Shown here: positions 56,029-64,000 of the stretch, piece after piece
Layout of the letters: every line of letters starts with the position of its first letter
Numbering within the stretch: the first letter of the stretch is position 1
DNA from: a bacterium
GTDB taxonomy: Bacteria; Acidobacteriota; Terriglobia; Bryobacterales; Bryobacteraceae
Reading direction: 5' to 3'
Length of the DNA stretch: 64,000 nt
Assembly: GCA_050260275.1 (NCBI GenBank)
Contig: JBLNBX010000206.1
Span: forward strand, 40,653 to 104,652
Made by a program: the position numbers and the translations under genes
The notes under the pieces: model-generated
What the model was told of the DNA's origin: nothing
Database searches by the model: none
Seen by the model: only the letters and a program-made list of their open reading frames with translations

Positions 56029-56493
56029 ATGGATAGCGACCGCAAGTACAAGCAGAGGGGCTACATGGAATCCGGCGTCGAGCCGGCCAGGAAGTCGGAA
56101 GATCGCCCCAGAGGCCCCCGGCCGCCGATCGATATTACTGGTCCCCGGCTCCCTCGCCTAGTCCAGACGGTAGTTGCATCGCGCTGCTTCAACTGCGCTG
56201 TAACACTGCCCTCCGGCACGGACTTCAAGGGTAACTGCCCGAAGTGCAACGCGCCTCTGCACTGCTGCAAGCAGTGCGCCCATTTCGAGCCGGCGACGCG
56301 CTTCCAGTGCCTGAAGCCCATCCCGGTGCGGATTGCCGCCAAGGACCAGGCAAATACATGCGACCTGTTCAAGCCGCGCGTCACTGTTGCTCGCGACGCC
56401 ACTGCTGTGGGCCAGTCCGCCGCGCCCATCGTTTCCGAGCCGCGCTCGCCTAACGATGCACGCGCTGCGTTTGATAACCTATTCAAGAAATAG
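56029..56493 (+). CDS. Hypothetical Cys-rich (zinc-ribbon-like) protein with a basic N-terminus
   Basis: 154 aa with CFNC...CPKC...CCKQC...C..., consistent with a treble-clef or zinc-ribbon fold. It has a good SD and lies 12 nt upstream of the dehydrogenase gene. Confidence 0.6.
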   Translation: MDSDRKYKQRGYMESGVEPARKSEDRPRGPRPPIDITGPRLPRLVQTVVASRCFNCAVTLPSGTDFKGNCPKCNAPLHCCKQCAHFEPATRFQCLKPIPVRIAAKDQANTCDLFKPRVTVARDATAVGQSAAPIVSEPRSPNDARAAFDNLFKK

Positions 56494-56505
56494 GTTTCTA
56501 CGACA

Positions 56506-57537
56506 GTGCGTACCGCTGAACTGATCGCTCCGCGAGAGTTCCGCCTCATCGAGCAGCCTGTGCCGGAAGCGGGTCCTGGCGAGGTACTCGTCCGTGTCGA
56601 CGCAGTCGGCATATGCGGATCTGACATTCACTACTACGCCGATGGATGCATCGGCCCCGTTAAGTGCGTCTACCCGATGGTGCTCGGGCACGAACCCGTC
56701 GGCACCGTCGTTAAGACCGGCCCCGGCGTTACCGGCTGGTCGCCGGGCGACCGCGTTGCGCTCGAACCTGCCATTTACTGCTACAAGTGCGAGTTTTGCC
56801 TCAGCGGACACCACAACGTCTGCGCTAACATTCGTTTCCTCAGCATGCCTCCGGACCCCGGCTTCTTCCGCGAGTACGCCAGTTTGCCGGTCGAGAACGT
56901 GCTGCCACTTCCGAAGGAGCTGAGCTTCTCCGAGGGCACACTTTTTGAGCCCCTCGCCGTGGTGCTGCACTCGATGAAGTTCGCCTCTCTGTCGGCCGGT
57001 GAGACCGTCGCGGTCTATGGCGCCGGTCCGATTGGCCTGATGACCATCCTGCTCCTCAAGATGTGCGGTGCGGGGCGCGTGTGGGCGGTAGAACCCGTCG
57101 CGGAGCGGCGCGAGATGGCGCTCCGCATGGGCGCGGACGCCGTCCTCAAGCCAGATGGAGCCGTTGCCGCGATCAAGTCCGACACGCGCGGCCGCGGCGT
57201 GGACCTCACTTTCGACTGCGCCGCGCATAACGGCTCGACGAGCGACTGCATCCGCGTCACCAGAAACGCCGGCCGGGTCATTATCACCGGAATTCCCTCG
57301 GAAGCCAGCGTCGATATAGATTTCCACGCCACGCGCCGCAAGGAGCTGACTCTGTTCAACGTGCGGCGGTCCAACCGCGAGGGCGAGACGGCCGTCGAGC
57401 TCGTTCGCGAGTACCGCGATCGCTTCGCGCCGCTCATCACGCACGAACTGCCCCTAGAGCAGGTGCAGTGCGGCTTCGACATGCTTTCGACATACTCGAA
57501 CGGCGCAATCAAGGTGATCATCAAGCCGGGCGAGTAG
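56506..57537 (+). CDS. Zinc-dependent MDR alcohol/polyol dehydrogenase (threonine/sorbitol dehydrogenase-like)
   Basis: GTG start. Contains GICGSDIHYY, GHEPVGTV, the structural-zinc loop CYKCEFCLSGHHNVC and the NAD fold VAVYGAGPIGL. Confidence 0.9.
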   Translation: MRTAELIAPREFRLIEQPVPEAGPGEVLVRVDAVGICGSDIHYYADGCIGPVKCVYPMVLGHEPVGTVVKTGPGVTGWSPGDRVALEPAIYCYKCEFCLSGHHNVCANIRFLSMPPDPGFFREYASLPVENVLPLPKELSFSEGTLFEPLAVVLHSMKFASLSAGETVAVYGAGPIGLMTILLLKMCGAGRVWAVEPVAERREMALRMGADAVLKPDGAVAAIKSDTRGRGVDLTFDCAAHNGSTSDCIRVTRNAGRVIITGIPSEASVDIDFHATRRKELTLFNVRRSNREGETAVELVREYRDRFAPLITHELPLEQVQCGFDMLSTYSNGAIKVIIKPGE

Positions 57538-57806
57538 CGCCACCTGCCGCGCGGGCGACGAATGACAGCCTGAGGCGCTTCGTCACACGCTCCGGTCCAT
57601 CTCATGTCCCGGCGGCGCTGACGCTGCCGCAGTGGACCGAGATGCCTGGCGAAGCGCCAGACTAACAGGTCCTGTCGACGAACCGCGGCAAGGCCATATA
57701 TGAACTGATCTGGGGCGGGCGTCCTTGCCTGCCCCGGACTCCCTCTCCGGCCTCCCCGTCCCGGCCCCACCGTCTGGCCCCGCCCGCTCCCGACTCCCCC
57801 GGTCCG

Positions 57807-58042
57807 GCTTGGCTGCACTTCTGCTTGCAACTTTGAGCGCCTTGCAGCGCCCTATGGGGCGACGAGGGCGTCGCCCGCGGACCAGGGGGTCCGCCCCACA
57901 AAGCGCTAGTCTCCAGATACGCGGGTGCGAGAGTGCGGCCGTTGCAGGCCGCCGCGGCAGCTTGGCTGCACTTGTGTCGCTGCGTCCGGGGACTGCGCGG
58001 TTTCCCACCGCGCTCAGCGCCCGACGGGGCGACCCGAAGCGC
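57807..58042. repeat. Two degenerate copies of an extragenic GC-rich element (REP-like)
   Basis: An identical 14-mer, gcttggctgcactt, occurs at 57807..57820 and 57960..57973. Each copy is followed 30-50 nt later by gcgccc-N3-ggggcgac. The element lies in a stretch of about 630 bp with no credible ORF. Confidence 0.5.
57857..57894. repeat. Two abutting perfect hairpins, each with an AGGG loop
   Basis: gggcgacg-AGGG-cgtcgccc (57857..57876) is immediately followed by gcggacc-AGGG-ggtccgc (57877..57894). Confidence 0.6.
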
Positions 58043-58168
58043 ACCGACTCCGCCATCCCTCTACGCAACCCGAACGTGCCCTGGTCCGGGGCGTTCCGGC
58101 AGCCTGCCAGCGATGCCGCAAGAATCGGGAAATACCCAGGACGCCGCGCCGGCCGGCAACGGCGCCCA

Positions 58169-58999
58169 TCACCGTTCGTCGTCCGGCCAGATCGGGCCGG
58201 GTTGCCTGCCGCCGAACACCGCCTGGATGTACTCGATCTTGCCGTCCTTGTTGAACTTAAAGATGTGCACGTCCGGCAGGACCCCCGCGAAGTTGATGAA
58301 GCCGGCGGTAATCCCAAGTTCGAGGTCGGTCACCGGAAAACGGCGGCGGGTGTGCGTCAACACGAGGTTCCTTGGCATGCAGTCGCCGTCGAGCGTGACG
58401 TGCTTGCCGCCCTCCCACCGGTGGCAGGGCGTCGCGAAAGCAGGGATGGCAGGAGGAGTATTCGAGAAAGCGTCAAAGTACTTATTCGCTTCGCCGTTCA
58501 TGTACTCTCGCGTGAGCCGCCTGTCTGGGGGCAGCGGAGTAGTCCAGTCCTGGTCTTTAGTCGCGATCAGGCCTTTAGGGTCGTACAGGTTGTAGGAGAG
58601 CTTCTGTTCAGCTTCGCGGGTGATTATAGTCTCGATCTCCGAGACCTTGCCCTCGCTCACCTTCAGGCGCACGGCTACGACCGACTGGGTCTGAGCCCCA
58701 TCCACTGTCTCGTTAACAACCGCCTGGGTCACGGCGCCGCACCGCTCAGTGTCGAAGAAACTGCGCTGGAACTCCACTTTGCCGCCGGTCTGGAAAAGGC
58801 CTTCGCCGGGCTTGATTTCCTGGCCATTCTCGGTGACGCGAACACCCGGCGCGAGGGGCAGCGCGGATATGTCGTGCGTCTCTACGGCCCTGTAATAGTC
58901 CGCGATCATCGCCTTCAGGCTGTCGCGCGTGCAGCTCTGGGCGTGGGCGGAAACGCACACCGCCGCAGACGCGATGACGATAATGAGTTGTCTCACCAT
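58169..58999 (-). CDS. Hypothetical exported protein (possibly tandem NTF2/SnoaL-like folds)
   Basis: The Met at 58999 gives the signal peptide MVRQLIIVIASAAVCVSAHAQ. The segment LKAMIADYYRAVETHDISAL...VAVRLKVSEGKVSEIETII resembles SnoaL-like domains. GC content is lower than in the neighbouring genes. Confidence 0.6.
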   Translation of the reverse strand: MVRQLIIVIASAAVCVSAHAQSCTRDSLKAMIADYYRAVETHDISALPLAPGVRVTENGQEIKPGEGLFQTGGKVEFQRSFFDTERCGAVTQAVVNETVDGAQTQSVVAVRLKVSEGKVSEIETIITREAEQKLSYNLYDPKGLIATKDQDWTTPLPPDRRLTREYMNGEANKYFDAFSNTPPAIPAFATPCHRWEGGKHVTLDGDCMPRNLVLTHTRRRFPVTDLELGITAGFINFAGVLPDVHIFKFNKDGKIEYIQAVFGGRQPGPIWPDDER

Positions 59000-59254
59000 T
59001 GTGCCCTTCCCTGCCAGTCGTGAACTGGAGTTCAAGATAGGACCTGAGGCGCCAGTTCCACGCCGAATCATAGCCGATGCCGCCGGTTCGCGCCAGAACA
59101 ACCTCCGCCCTAAGTTTCAATGCGCCGCGCAATCCGGAATCGAGGTCACTCGGAGACGTAAGTAGACTCGGACTTAAGATGACGCCCAGAGGAATGATCA
59201 GGTGCGCCGGTGAAGGGCTCCCATGGCCGGCGCCTGGCCTGGCATGACGGGTAC

Positions 59255-59521
59255 TCAGTCAGGCAGCAGCTCCGTCTGCATATCGAGCTCGCCGGCGCCG
59301 CTCACCCAAACCATCTCGCCTTCGCCTTCGACGAGGAATCGCGGGTTGCCATGCTCGTCCGGCGGCAACATCAGAAGCACCGTGCCGTGCGCGAGAGTCC
59401 GGCTCACTTCGGGAGAGGATGTGTCAGCGCCTTCGGCCCACGCCAGAAGCGTGCCGAGCGGCAAGACTCTTCTCTTTTCGTGCTCGCGCGGGCTCCGTGC
59501 AGCGCGTTCGTGGTAAGGCAT
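59255..59521 (-). CDS. Small hypothetical protein (weak call)
   Basis: 88 aa from MPYHERAARS.... The third-position GC bias is coding-like, but I recognised no domain and no clear SD. Confidence 0.3.
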   Translation of the reverse strand: MPYHERAARSPREHEKRRVLPLGTLLAWAEGADTSSPEVSRTLAHGTVLLMLPPDEHGNPRFLVEGEGEMVWVSGAGELDMQTELLPD

Positions 59522-59811
59522 GATGCAGTTCCCCATCGGGATTGCTAGCAAGCAACGGGCCACCAGCATGGTTCGGCTCCGGTTGCTGTTCCCCGGCCGC
59601 AGCTACGTACGAATCGCTCGAAATCGAGTAATTCCCGGCTAGAACTGCGTCAAATACGGCCAGGGTTGCGTTCACGCTGTGCCTGGTACACACCTGAGCC
59701 GGACGCGCTCGAGGGCTGATCCGGCAGGAATGCCCGATCACCGTGTCTTACAGCGCGAGTTGGAAGATGAGTTGCTTGACATCGGCTGACGGCAAGCGAA
59801 GGAGAGCGCAA

Positions 59812-60045
59812 ATGGCAAGATGTGAAGTCTGCGGAAACGACTACGATAAATCGTTCGATGTGACAGCGGCTGGCGCCACGCATACATTCGACAGCTTCGA
59901 GTGCGCGATTCACTCGCTCGCGCCGGTCTGCGAGCACTGTGGCTGCAAAGTTGTCGGGCATGGCGTCGAGGTTCAGGGCCGTTTCTTCTGTTGCGCCAGT
60001 TGCGCCAGGCAGGCCACATCGGCAAAGGTCGCGGACCGGGCCTAG
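59812..60045 (+). CDS. Small cysteine-rich putative metal-binding protein
   Basis: MARCEVCGNDYDKSFDVTAAGATHTFDSFECAIHSLAPVCEHCGCKVVGHGVEVQGRFFCCASCARQ. It has 10 Cys in 77 aa and a strong SD (gaaggag) 8 nt upstream. The ORF is open from 59743. Confidence 0.7.
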   Translation: MARCEVCGNDYDKSFDVTAAGATHTFDSFECAIHSLAPVCEHCGCKVVGHGVEVQGRFFCCASCARQATSAKVADRA

Positions 60046-60239
60046 CAGCATCTGCCGCCCGAACCAGAACGCCCAAGTGGTTCGCGCGATAAACGCGGGT
60101 CGGGGCCGGCGGCGCGGTGTTAGACTGGTGACTTGACACACACGGTCCTTGCCTGATTCGGGTGACCGCGGCCGCTGTCTGGCCAAGCTCACCCTCACTG
60201 TACCCACACTCCCACCACTTACAGGCAAGGAGCATCACC

Positions 60240-61247
60240 ATGAATTCGTATGACTGCTCCGCGGCGCAATTGCGCCCGGGGCAACAGCTTGCGCGTGTGT
60301 CGGCCAGCCAGGGCGAGCGCGGCCGGGTTCTCATCGAGGGCCGCGAGATCAAGGCCGTCGTGGCCGGCTCGGCAATCTACGGCGCCGAGACGGCGGCCGG
60401 ACTGCCGGTTACCGGGGACTGGGTCGCCGCGCGATTGGTCGAGCCGGAGCTTGCGCTTATCGAACAGGTTCTGCCGCGGCGTTCTAGGATTGCCCGCCGC
60501 GCGGCGGGCCGCCGAACTGAAGAACAGGTGCTCGCGGCGAACATCGATCTGGCGTTCATCGTCTGCGGTCTGGACGGCGACTACAACACGCGGCGCCTGG
60601 AACGCTACCTGGTGACAATCCACGAGGGCGGCGTCGAGCCGGTCATCGTACTTAATAAGGCCGATCTATGCGCCGACACTGAGGCCGCTGTCGAAGACGC
60701 CCGCCGCATCGCGGGCCCGGCCAGGGTGCTGGCGATCAGCGCAACAACTGGCCTGAGCTGCGGGGAGATCGAAGCCCTGCTCCGGCCTGGCGTTACCGCA
60801 GTACTGCTCGGATCGAGTGGAGCGGGCAAGTCTACCCTGCTGAACCGGATCGCCGGAGCCGAGCTTCGCAAGACAGCCGCCGTTCGTGAGTCCGACGCCC
60901 GGGGACGCCACACCACTACGGCACGGGAGCTCATCGAGTTGCCCTGCGGCGCGGCTCTCATCGATACGCCAGGGCTTCGAGAGCTTCAGCTATGGGCAGC
61001 GCCCGAGAGCATCGTGGCCGTTTTCGACGACGTCGCCGAGCTCGCGGCGGGATGCCGGTTCACGGATTGCTCGCACACCACCGAGCCCGGCTGCGCCGTC
61101 CGCGAGGCAATCGGCGCCGGCCGTCTGGAGAGCTTCCACAAGCTGCGCCGCGAGGCCGATCGCGTGAGCGGGGCCATCACCGAGAAGCAGCGCTGGCGCA
61201 GCATACACAAGTCCATACGGCAGCTACAGAAGATGCGAGGCAGGTAG
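60240..61247 (+). CDS. rsgA: Ribosome small-subunit-dependent GTPase A
   Basis: Circularly permuted GTPase order: VLNKADL (G4), LLGSSGAGKSTLLN (G1), GRHTTT, DTPG. The C-terminal zinc knuckle is CRFTDCSHTTEPGCAV. The start is at 60240, after aaggag. Confidence 0.9.
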   Translation: MNSYDCSAAQLRPGQQLARVSASQGERGRVLIEGREIKAVVAGSAIYGAETAAGLPVTGDWVAARLVEPELALIEQVLPRRSRIARRAAGRRTEEQVLAANIDLAFIVCGLDGDYNTRRLERYLVTIHEGGVEPVIVLNKADLCADTEAAVEDARRIAGPARVLAISATTGLSCGEIEALLRPGVTAVLLGSSGAGKSTLLNRIAGAELRKTAAVRESDARGRHTTTARELIELPCGAALIDTPGLRELQLWAAPESIVAVFDDVAELAAGCRFTDCSHTTEPGCAVREAIGAGRLESFHKLRREADRVSGAITEKQRWRSIHKSIRQLQKMRGR

Positions 61248-61446
61248 CCATTGCACGCGCGCCGGGGCGTCTGGTTCCGCCCGCCAGCTCCGCCCCGCGC
61301 CGCTTCGACTCCGGTCCAGCAATGGGCTAAACTAGTTGTTTCAACCCGGAAGTGGTGCACCCTGGCAGTATGGACTCCACCGCATTGATGGTGCGAGGAG
61401 CCGTGTGTTACGGTGGTGATCTTCATGGGACTTGACCGGAGTTTGA

Positions 61447-62154
61447 ATGGCTGACGAGCGAATGCCCACGGGGCAGCCGCCGGGTCCGCAAGGCACCGAG
61501 AAAATCGAACAGCAGACGCCTAGAGATCCCGTAGCAACCCCCAAAGTTGAGAAGCCGCAACCTGCGGCGAAGCCCGCGGCTCCGGCCGCAAAGCCGGCAG
61601 CACCGGCCGCAAAACCAGCCGCTCCGCCACCCAAAGCGCCAGCGGTTATGGCGGCAACACCATGGAACGACGAGCTCACGGCAGCGCTCGCCGCGCGCTT
61701 CGGAGACTCGATCAAAGAGTTCTCTACTTACCTGGGGCAGAACTTCCTCGTTGCGAAGCCCGACGCGGTGATCCCCATCATCGAATACCTGAAGACGGTC
61801 GAAGAGTTCGACTACCTGGTGGACATTACCGCGGTGGATTTCCCCAATCGCGCCGAGCGTTTCGACCTTGTCTACATCCTGTACAGCTTCGCGCGCAACG
61901 AGCGCGTGCGCGTGAAGACGGCAATCGCGGCGGACTACAAGCCGCAGAGCGCCACGGGAGTTCACCTGACCGCCGACTGGCTGGAGCGCGAGGTGTTCGA
62001 CATGTTCGGCATAGAGTTCGCCGGTCATCCGCATCTCAAGCGCATCCTGCTGCCCGACGAGTGGGAAGGCCATCCGCTCCGCAAAGACAAGCCAATCACT
62101 GAGATGGATAACCGGTGGGTGAAGGAGAACCTCTCGATCGAGAGCGCGCAGTGA
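61447..62154 (+). CDS. nuoC: NADH-quinone oxidoreductase subunit C with a Pro/Ala/Lys-rich N-terminal extension
   Basis: [27 protein letters not shown]...[40 protein letters not shown] is the NuoC core. The first approximately 70 aa are low-complexity. Confidence 0.9.
   Translation: MADERMPTGQPPGPQGTEKIEQQTPRDPVATPKVEKPQPAAKPAAPAAKPAAPAAKPAAPPPKAPAVMAATPWNDELTAALAARFGDSIKEFSTYLGQNFLVAKPDAVIPIIEYLKTVEEFDYLVDITAVDFPNRAERFDLVYILYSFARNERVRVKTAIAADYKPQSATGVHLTADWLEREVFDMFGIEFAGHPHLKRILLPDEWEGHPLRKDKPITEMDNRWVKENLSIESAQ
61552..61632 (+). repeat. Imperfect tandem 21-nt coding repeat (KPAAPAA, three copies, plus a KPQPAA lead-in) inside nuoC
   Basis: The three units are aagcccgcggctccggccgca (61570..61590), aagccggcagcaccggccgca (61591..61611) and aaaccagccgctccgccaccc (61612..61632). 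Confidence 0.7.
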
Positions 62155-62160
62155 CGGCCT

Positions 62161-63273
62161 ATGGCGGATTCTACATACCTGGACTCCAGTGAGCTGGTCC
62201 TAAACATGGGGCCGCAGCACCCGTCCACGCACGGCGTGCTGCGCGTCATCGTGAAGCTGGACGGCGAGAAGGTGCTCGGAACCGAGTGCGTCATCGGGTA
62301 CCTGCACCGCGGCGTCGAAAAGATCGCCGAGAACCGCACGTACGCCCAGTTCACGCCGTACGTGGACCGCATGGATTACTGCGCGGCGGTCTCGAACGGG
62401 CTCGGCTACTGCCTGGCTGTCGAGAAGCTTCTGAACGTGGAAGCGCCGCCCCGCGCGCAGGTGATCCGCGTTATCCTCACCGAACTGAACCGGCTGGGCA
62501 GCCACCTGGTTTGGCTGGGCACGCACGCGCTCGACATCGGCGCGCTCACGCCGCTGTTCTACTGCATGCGCGAGCGCGAGTACTCGCTGGACATTCTCGA
62601 GAAGTACTGCGGCGCGCGGCTCACGACACACGCCTTCCGCATCGGCGGGCTCCAGTACGACCTGTACGAAGGCTTCGAGCAGGATGTGAAGTCCTTCTGC
62701 GACATCATGGACCCGGCCATCGACAAGTACGAAGAGCTGCTCACGGGAAACCGCATCTGGCGCGGGCGCCTGCAGGGCGTGGGCGTGCTGACCGCCGAAG
62801 ACTGCAAGGCGTATGGCGTCACCGGGCCGATGCTGCGCGCGGCCGGCGTGAAGTGGGACCTCAGGAAAGCGCAGCCCTACTCCGGATACGACAGGTACGA
62901 TTTCGATATCCCAACGGGTGAGAACGGCGATACGTTCGACCGTTACATAGTGCGCATACAGGAGATGCGGCAGTCCGTGCGCATCATCCGCCAGGCGGTC
63001 GCGGACATTCCCGACGGGCCGATCATGGCGAAAGTCCCGAAGATCATCAAGCCGCCGGTGGGCGAGGTGTACGTCTCGGTCGAAGCGCCCAAGGGCGAAC
63101 TCGGGTACTTCATCGTGAGCGACGGCTCCACGCAGCCCTATCGCGTGCGCGTGCGGCCTCCGTCGTTCGTGAATCTCCAGGCGCTCGACAAGATGGCCCG
63201 AGGCGGCCTTGTGGCCGACCTGGTGGCCATCATCGGCACTATCGACATCGTGCTGGGCGAGGTGGACCGCTAA
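62161..63273 (+). CDS. nuoD: NADH-quinone oxidoreductase subunit D
   Basis: [41 protein letters not shown] and the C-terminal [21 protein letters not shown] are NuoD signatures. No NiFe-hydrogenase Cys ligands are present. Confidence 0.95.
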   Translation: MADSTYLDSSELVLNMGPQHPSTHGVLRVIVKLDGEKVLGTECVIGYLHRGVEKIAENRTYAQFTPYVDRMDYCAAVSNGLGYCLAVEKLLNVEAPPRAQVIRVILTELNRLGSHLVWLGTHALDIGALTPLFYCMREREYSLDILEKYCGARLTTHAFRIGGLQYDLYEGFEQDVKSFCDIMDPAIDKYEELLTGNRIWRGRLQGVGVLTAEDCKAYGVTGPMLRAAGVKWDLRKAQPYSGYDRYDFDIPTGENGDTFDRYIVRIQEMRQSVRIIRQAVADIPDGPIMAKVPKIIKPPVGEVYVSVEAPKGELGYFIVSDGSTQPYRVRVRPPSFVNLQALDKMARGGLVADLVAIIGTIDIVLGEVDR

Positions 63274-63728
63274 TGCGCAAGTTCCTCAGAACCGTCTTCC
63301 TGGTGGACTTGATTCAGGGCCTATGGGTGACGTTCCGGTACCAGGCGCCGAAGTACATCTGCACGGAGCAGTACCCGGCACAGCGGCCGAAGATCGCCGA
63401 GCGGTTCCGCGGCGCGCCCCGGCTGAACAAGAACCCGGAGACGGGTGAAACGCTGTGCATTGCGTGCAACCTCTGCGCGACGGCCTGTCCGGAGAAGTTG
63501 ATAGTCGTCAGTTCCGAGCGCAACGAGAAGACGCGCAAGAAGGAACTCACCACGTTCACGTTCGACACTTCGCGTTGCATGTTCTGCGGCCTGTGCGAGG
63601 ACGCCTGCCCGACGGACTCGCTCGAGCTGACGCAGGATTTCGAGATCGCCACGTACAGCCGTGAGGGGCAGATCTGGGACCGGCAGATGCTCGAGGAAGG
63701 GCCGAAGCCTAAGAGGTACAAGTATTGA
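63273..63728 (+). CDS. nuoI: NADH-quinone oxidoreductase subunit I (2x[4Fe-4S] ferredoxin-type)
   Basis: CIACNLCATACP and CMFCGLCEDACP. An N-terminal FRGAPRL-type segment is typical of NuoI. The ATG overlaps the nuoD TAA (TAATG). Confidence 0.9.
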   Translation: MRKFLRTVFLVDLIQGLWVTFRYQAPKYICTEQYPAQRPKIAERFRGAPRLNKNPETGETLCIACNLCATACPEKLIVVSSERNEKTRKKELTTFTFDTSRCMFCGLCEDACPTDSLELTQDFEIATYSREGQIWDRQMLEEGPKPKRYKY

Positions 63729-64000
63729 GGACCGGCAGGATCACAGACACGGGCGGATACTCAGGGGCTCTGGCCTTTGGGTATTCCGAATCACCCTCGG
63801 ACCAGGGGCTAGAGCCCTTTCTTAACAGGCTCTCACCGGCGCGGCTGGATGCGAACCAACATGTCGCGGCGCTGCTGAAGGCGTATCCCAGCACGAGGCT
63901 CAGCCCGGCTTTGGCCGATTCGAGGCCGCAGAGTGACACAGGGCAGCAGCGCCTGCGCCGCATCTCGCGCGTACGGTTTGGGGATACAAGCCCGAGTGTC

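Noticed and set aside
57583-59023. ORFs 57583..58317 (-) and 57725..59023 (+) as protein genes
   Set aside because: Their translations are Arg/Pro/Gly/Ser strings generated by the GC-rich palindromic repeats. The plus-strand ORF is also antisense to the credible exported-protein gene at 58169..58999.
61552-61632. Possible CRISPR-like or other non-coding repeat array
   Set aside because: There are only three imperfect 21-nt units with no spacers, they are in frame inside nuoC, and they encode a Pro/Ala/Lys linker.
61341-62073. Minus-strand ORFs with [12 protein letters not shown] repeats (61341..61715, 61423..62073)
   Set aside because: They are mirror images of the KPAAPAA tandem repeat and the core of nuoC on the opposite strand.
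63709-64000. ORF 63709..63963 (-), and an open minus-strand frame 63833..64000 running off the right edge
   Set aside because: The first overlaps the nuoI 3' end and has no motifs. The second (…AQALLPCVTLRPRIGQSRAEPRAGIRLQQRRDMLVRIQPRR) has only moderate third-position GC bias and no recognisable family. I cannot judge it without sequence beyond the window.

Overview
High-GC bacterial chromosomal window, densely coding: about 55 protein genes and 2 tRNAs. I saw no rRNA, CRISPR array, transposase or integrase. All calls rest on recognising motifs and domains in the supplied translations and on reading junctions by eye; no searches were run. The gene content (CarboxypepD_reg/TPR exported proteins, CRTAC1/ASPIC proteins, multiheme cytochromes, frequent 4-nt start/stop overlaps with GTG/TTG starts) suggests an Acidobacteriota-like soil bacterium, but that is inference only. 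Layout, left to right: (1) minus-strand flagellar operon flgB-flgC-fliE-fliF-fliG-fliH-fliI (fliI partial), preceded on the same strand by hutH and a YkgJ-type Cys-cluster gene. (2) TPR/exported proteins and a YHS-domain gene. (3) A four-gene minus-strand string: small anchored protein, C39-like peptidase, TPR/beta-barrel protein, CDF metal exporter. (4) tRNA-His and tRNA-Cys bracketing MarC and a membrane protein. (5) Housekeeping genes: GT4 glycosyltransferase, yggS, dacB, two APC permeases, thiE, a penicillin-acylase-family protein, trpS, an rlmD-like gene. This stretch also holds a gene pair for a NucS-like nuclease-domain protein and a DUF697-like protein. (6) The most unusual locus (32.1-42.7 kb, minus strand) is a tightly coupled operon: ridA, a TolB-like di-heme protein, CRTAC1, a decaheme/propeller/peroxidase-like fusion, a Reg_prop propeller, and two orphan solute-binding proteins. 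It lies divergent from a NarL-type two-component pair that is co-transcribed with a second CRTAC1 paralogue. (7) Hybrid kinase, speA, an AmmeMemoRadiSam-type radical SAM gene, ferredoxin, glgP, a zinc-ribbon protein and an MDR dehydrogenase. (8) A roughly 630-bp non-coding GC-rich palindrome/repeat region. (9) rsgA and an isolated nuoC-nuoD-nuoI module. Most of the long ORFs in the six-frame track are antisense or out-of-frame shadows caused by the high GC content, and I rejected them.
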